The notes beneath the pieces are model-generated. The model saw only the letters and a list, made by a program, of their open reading frames with translations. It did no database searches and was not told the DNA's origin. Both the position numbers and the translations under genes were made by a program. A stretch of 64,000 nt of DNA from Podarcis filfolensis (Eukaryota), in NCBI GenBank assembly GCA_964270895.1, contig OZ185438.1; one strand, written 5' to 3'. Below are positions 63,736 to 64,000 of this stretch, in pieces (the stretch's first letter is position 1; the number at the start of each line of letters is the position of its first letter).

Positions 63736-64000
63736 CTGCAGGCAGACATCAGAACTTGAAAGCAATAGCTTGAACTTGGTCTTACATCAAGTAACAGACT
63801 CTGCAAAGTGTTTCTCTCACTTGTATCACATATTAACAATTGTGCTCAGTTGTTCTGGCTGCAACTTTAATTATGATCTTGGTAGTTTTAGTAACATCTT
63901 TCTCTCCTCGTCTTCTTCTCTCTTTTTTTTACCTCAAGGTTGTTCATTTTCCAAAAAGCTCTGTAAGTAGCAATGGGGTGGACTTAGTTGTTGTCAAGCT

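Noticed and set aside
1-64000. CRISPR array or prokaryotic-type operon
   Set aside because: No regularly spaced repeat-spacer arrays and no dense ORF organisation; the sequence is vertebrate non-coding DNA.

Overview
Vertebrate, AT-rich, repeat-dense non-coding DNA. The repeats (four full-length or near-full-length Sauria SINEs plus one truncated copy, Bov-B/RTE fragments, L1/L2/CR1 remnants, hAT and Tc1/mariner MITEs, solo LTRs) point to a squamate, most likely a lacertid lizard; this is inference from repeat families recalled from memory, with no database search. I found no recognisable host protein-coding gene, functional RNA gene or CRISPR array, so the window looks intergenic or deep-intronic. 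The only protein-like frames belong to transposons: a Bov-B RT C-terminus, two L1 ORF2 zinc-knuckle C-termini, a hAT-Charlie transposase C-terminus and an L2-type endonuclease motif. The most notable structure is at 46.1-48.2 kb. Two oppositely oriented Sauria SINEs share 74-bp and 28-bp tracts of perfect identity next to a ~19% diverged head, and one MITE appears split between them in flipped orientation, suggesting a recent SINE-SINE ectopic recombination inversion of ~1.4 kb with gene conversion. Also notable: an L1 nested in another L1 whose reading frame is restored on excision, a three-layer nested insertion, a young hAT derivative with three perfect palindromes/hairpins, and a Penelope-like foldback. 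I see no support for a novel gene system.
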